Notes under the pieces: generated by a model
What the model saw: the letters and a program-made list of their open reading frames with translations, nothing else
What the model was told of the DNA's origin: nothing
The model's database searches: none
Translations under genes and position numbers: made by a program
Assembly (NCBI GenBank): GCA_020628815.1
Contig: JAHDEN010000001.1
Coordinates: forward strand, 36,288 to 100,287
DNA from: Chloroflexota bacterium
GTDB taxonomy: Bacteria; Chloroflexota; Anaerolineae; Promineifilales; Promineifilaceae
Length of the DNA stretch: 64,000 bases
Direction: 5' to 3'
Shown here: piece by piece, positions 62,995-64,000 of the stretch
How positions within the stretch are numbered: position 1 is the first letter of the stretch
Layout of the letters: each line of letters starts with the position of its first letter

Positions 62995-64000
62995 ATGGAT
63001 GAAGAAGAAGAAACCTCTGGAACCCCGGAGGATGAGTCGTCTCGACCCGACGAAAACAAATCAGCTGAGCTTGAACATGAGGTGCGTTGCCCTACATGTG
63101 ATTTTCGCTTAAGCGAAAAAGCTGACCGCTGCTTAATGTGCGGCGCAGAACTGGCTCCTGAAATCTTCTTAACCGAAGAAGAGCGACTTGAAGCCAAGCA
63201 AGCGGTAGAAGAGGCGATAGCTGCCGTAAAAGAAGCGGAAGAGGCGGCTGAAATCGAGGCGGCCGCGACTGCATCCCCTCCCAAAGCAAAACGTTCATCC
63301 CCTAAAATGGCAAAAATGCCGGGGTTAAATTGGCGGCCGACCCCGCTGTTTGGCATCGGGCTTTTCTTTTTCTTATTTACGGCCGTTGTGGGCACCTTTG
63401 GATTTCTAAATCCGAACGCCATACCGGTTAGCCTGCTCCCATCCCTCACCCCAACAGAAGCCCCGCTGGTTGTGTTGCCGTCCCAAACCCCAACATTGGT
63501 TCCCTCGGCCACACCCTTAATCACGAACACCCCCAGCCCAACTGTTATTCCCACGGTTACCCCAACACCACTGCCCACAAACACCCCCGAGCCACTCCGC
63601 ACCTATCAGGTGCTGTCTGGGCAAACATTGGTCGGGATCGCATCTCTGTTTGGCTATACGTTAGACTCTTTCTTCCAAGCCAATAACTTTACAGATCAAT
63701 CGATCATTATCGAAGGTCAAGAGATTTTTGTGCCTTGGCCCACGGCTACGCCGCCACTACAACCGATTTTCTATGATATCGGCGGGCAAACGTTGATTAT
63801 CGACCCATCTAACTGTCCACCATTCTACGAAATTCAGGAAGGGGACAGTCTGTTTAGTCTGGCATCTCGCAATGACATTCCTCTCGATGCGCTGCTTGAG
63901 ATGAATTATTTGACCGTTGACTCGATTGTGCAGCCGGGTGATCCGATCTGTATTCCACAAATTTTAGAAGGGGCTGTGTTTATTCCTACACCTGGCCCAT
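62995..64000 (+). CDS. Zinc-ribbon / TM / LysM-repeat protein (3' end outside the window)
   Basis: My own translation from the ATG at 62995: MDEEEETSG...CPTCDFRLSEKADRCLMCG (zinc ribbon), TM helix LFGIGLFFFLFTAVVGTFGF, a Pro/Thr linker and two LysM-like units (YQVLSGQTLVGIASLFGY..., YEIQEGDSLFSLASRNDIPLDALLEMN). It is absent from the ORF track because it runs off the window. Confidence 0.8.
   Translation, partial: MDEEEETSGTPEDESSRPDENKSAELEHEVRCPTCDFRLSEKADRCLMCGAELAPEIFLTEEERLEAKQAVEEAIAAVKEAEEAAEIEAAATASPPKAKRSSPKMAKMPGLNWRPTPLFGIGLFFFLFTAVVGTFGFLNPNAIPVSLLPSLTPTEAPLVVLPSQTPTLVPSATPLITNTPSPTVIPTVTPTPLPTNTPEPLRTYQVLSGQTLVGIASLFGYTLDSFFQANNFTDQSIIIEGQEIFVPWPTATPPLQPIFYDIGGQTLIIDPSNCPPFYEIQEGDSLFSLASRNDIPLDALLEMNYLTVDSIVQPGDPICIPQILEGAVFIPTPGP

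Noticed and set aside
62856-63602. 248-aa minus-strand ORF in the track (Gly/Val/Ser/Ala-rich)
   Set aside because: It has low-complexity composition and no motifs. It lies antisense to a convincing plus-strand gene (zinc ribbon, TM helix and LysM repeats, from the ATG at 62995) that the track omits because it runs off the window. It is a shadow ORF.
1-64000. Global TGA reassignment (genetic code 4 or 25) as the explanation for the in-frame TGAs
   Set aside because: tmk terminates at a TGA at the normal protein length. The thioredoxin-like gene itself ends at a TGA that overlaps the next gene's ATG. The three in-frame TGAs all align with redox Cys, not with Trp or Gly columns.
1-64000. CRISPR arrays, rRNA/tRNA genes (including tRNA-Sec), transposases, integrases, prophage genes
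   Set aside because: I scanned the intergenic regions and the ORF products. There are no direct-repeat/spacer arrays, no cloverleaf-like sequences that I could recognise, and no DDE, tyrosine-recombinase or serine-recombinase motifs. Small RNAs cannot be excluded without a covariance search.

Overview
This is a 64 kb bacterial chromosomal segment of roughly 48% GC, judged by eye. It is densely coding, with about 47 CDSs on both strands. I recognised no rRNA, tRNA, CRISPR array, transposase, integrase or prophage genes. A T-box leader, DUF11/FG-GAP giant exoproteins and many FHA, Ser/Thr-kinase and PP2C genes would fit Chloroflexota or a similar lineage, but taxonomy cannot be settled from this window.

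Contents, in order:
- Two tandem giant secreted repeat proteins.
- A degenerate receiver-histidine-kinase fusion.
- A metzincin-like lipoprotein, an APH-family kinase and agmatine deiminase.
- A three-gene envelope cluster: a polytopic membrane protein, a lipoprotein and a membrane-anchored GH5-like hydrolase with an unusual tail.
- tmk.
- A beta-propeller dehydrogenase/malectin fusion lipoprotein.
- A NurA-like nuclease with a small GIY-YIG-like protein.
- A frameshifted SDR.
- An extracytoplasmic redox/signalling operon.
- TetR, NUDIX-CoAse, OmpR-type regulator, acyltransferase and nitroreductase genes.
- A P450 plus two MFS transporters.
- An FHA / kinase / PP2C module.
- A hybrid histidine kinase and a PknB-like kinase.
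- T-box-controlled serS, a GST and a LysM protein.

Most notable observations:
1. Two thiol-oxidoreductase genes carry in-frame TGA exactly where the redox cysteines belong. One is a lipoprotein thioredoxin-fold gene with TGA-x-x-TGA in place of CxxC (putative UxxU). The other is a GST with TGA in place of the CPYV cysteine. Each has a downstream hairpin compatible with a bacterial SECIS element. TGA still ends two ordinary reading frames in the window, including that of the thioredoxin-like gene itself.
2. The palindrome CGGCCG, often extended to TCGGCCGA, is massively over-represented, reminiscent of cyanobacterial HIP1.
3. Three otherwise different secreted proteins share a C-terminal octapeptide, (I/Y)(F/Y)LPx(V/I)x(R/K)-COOH.
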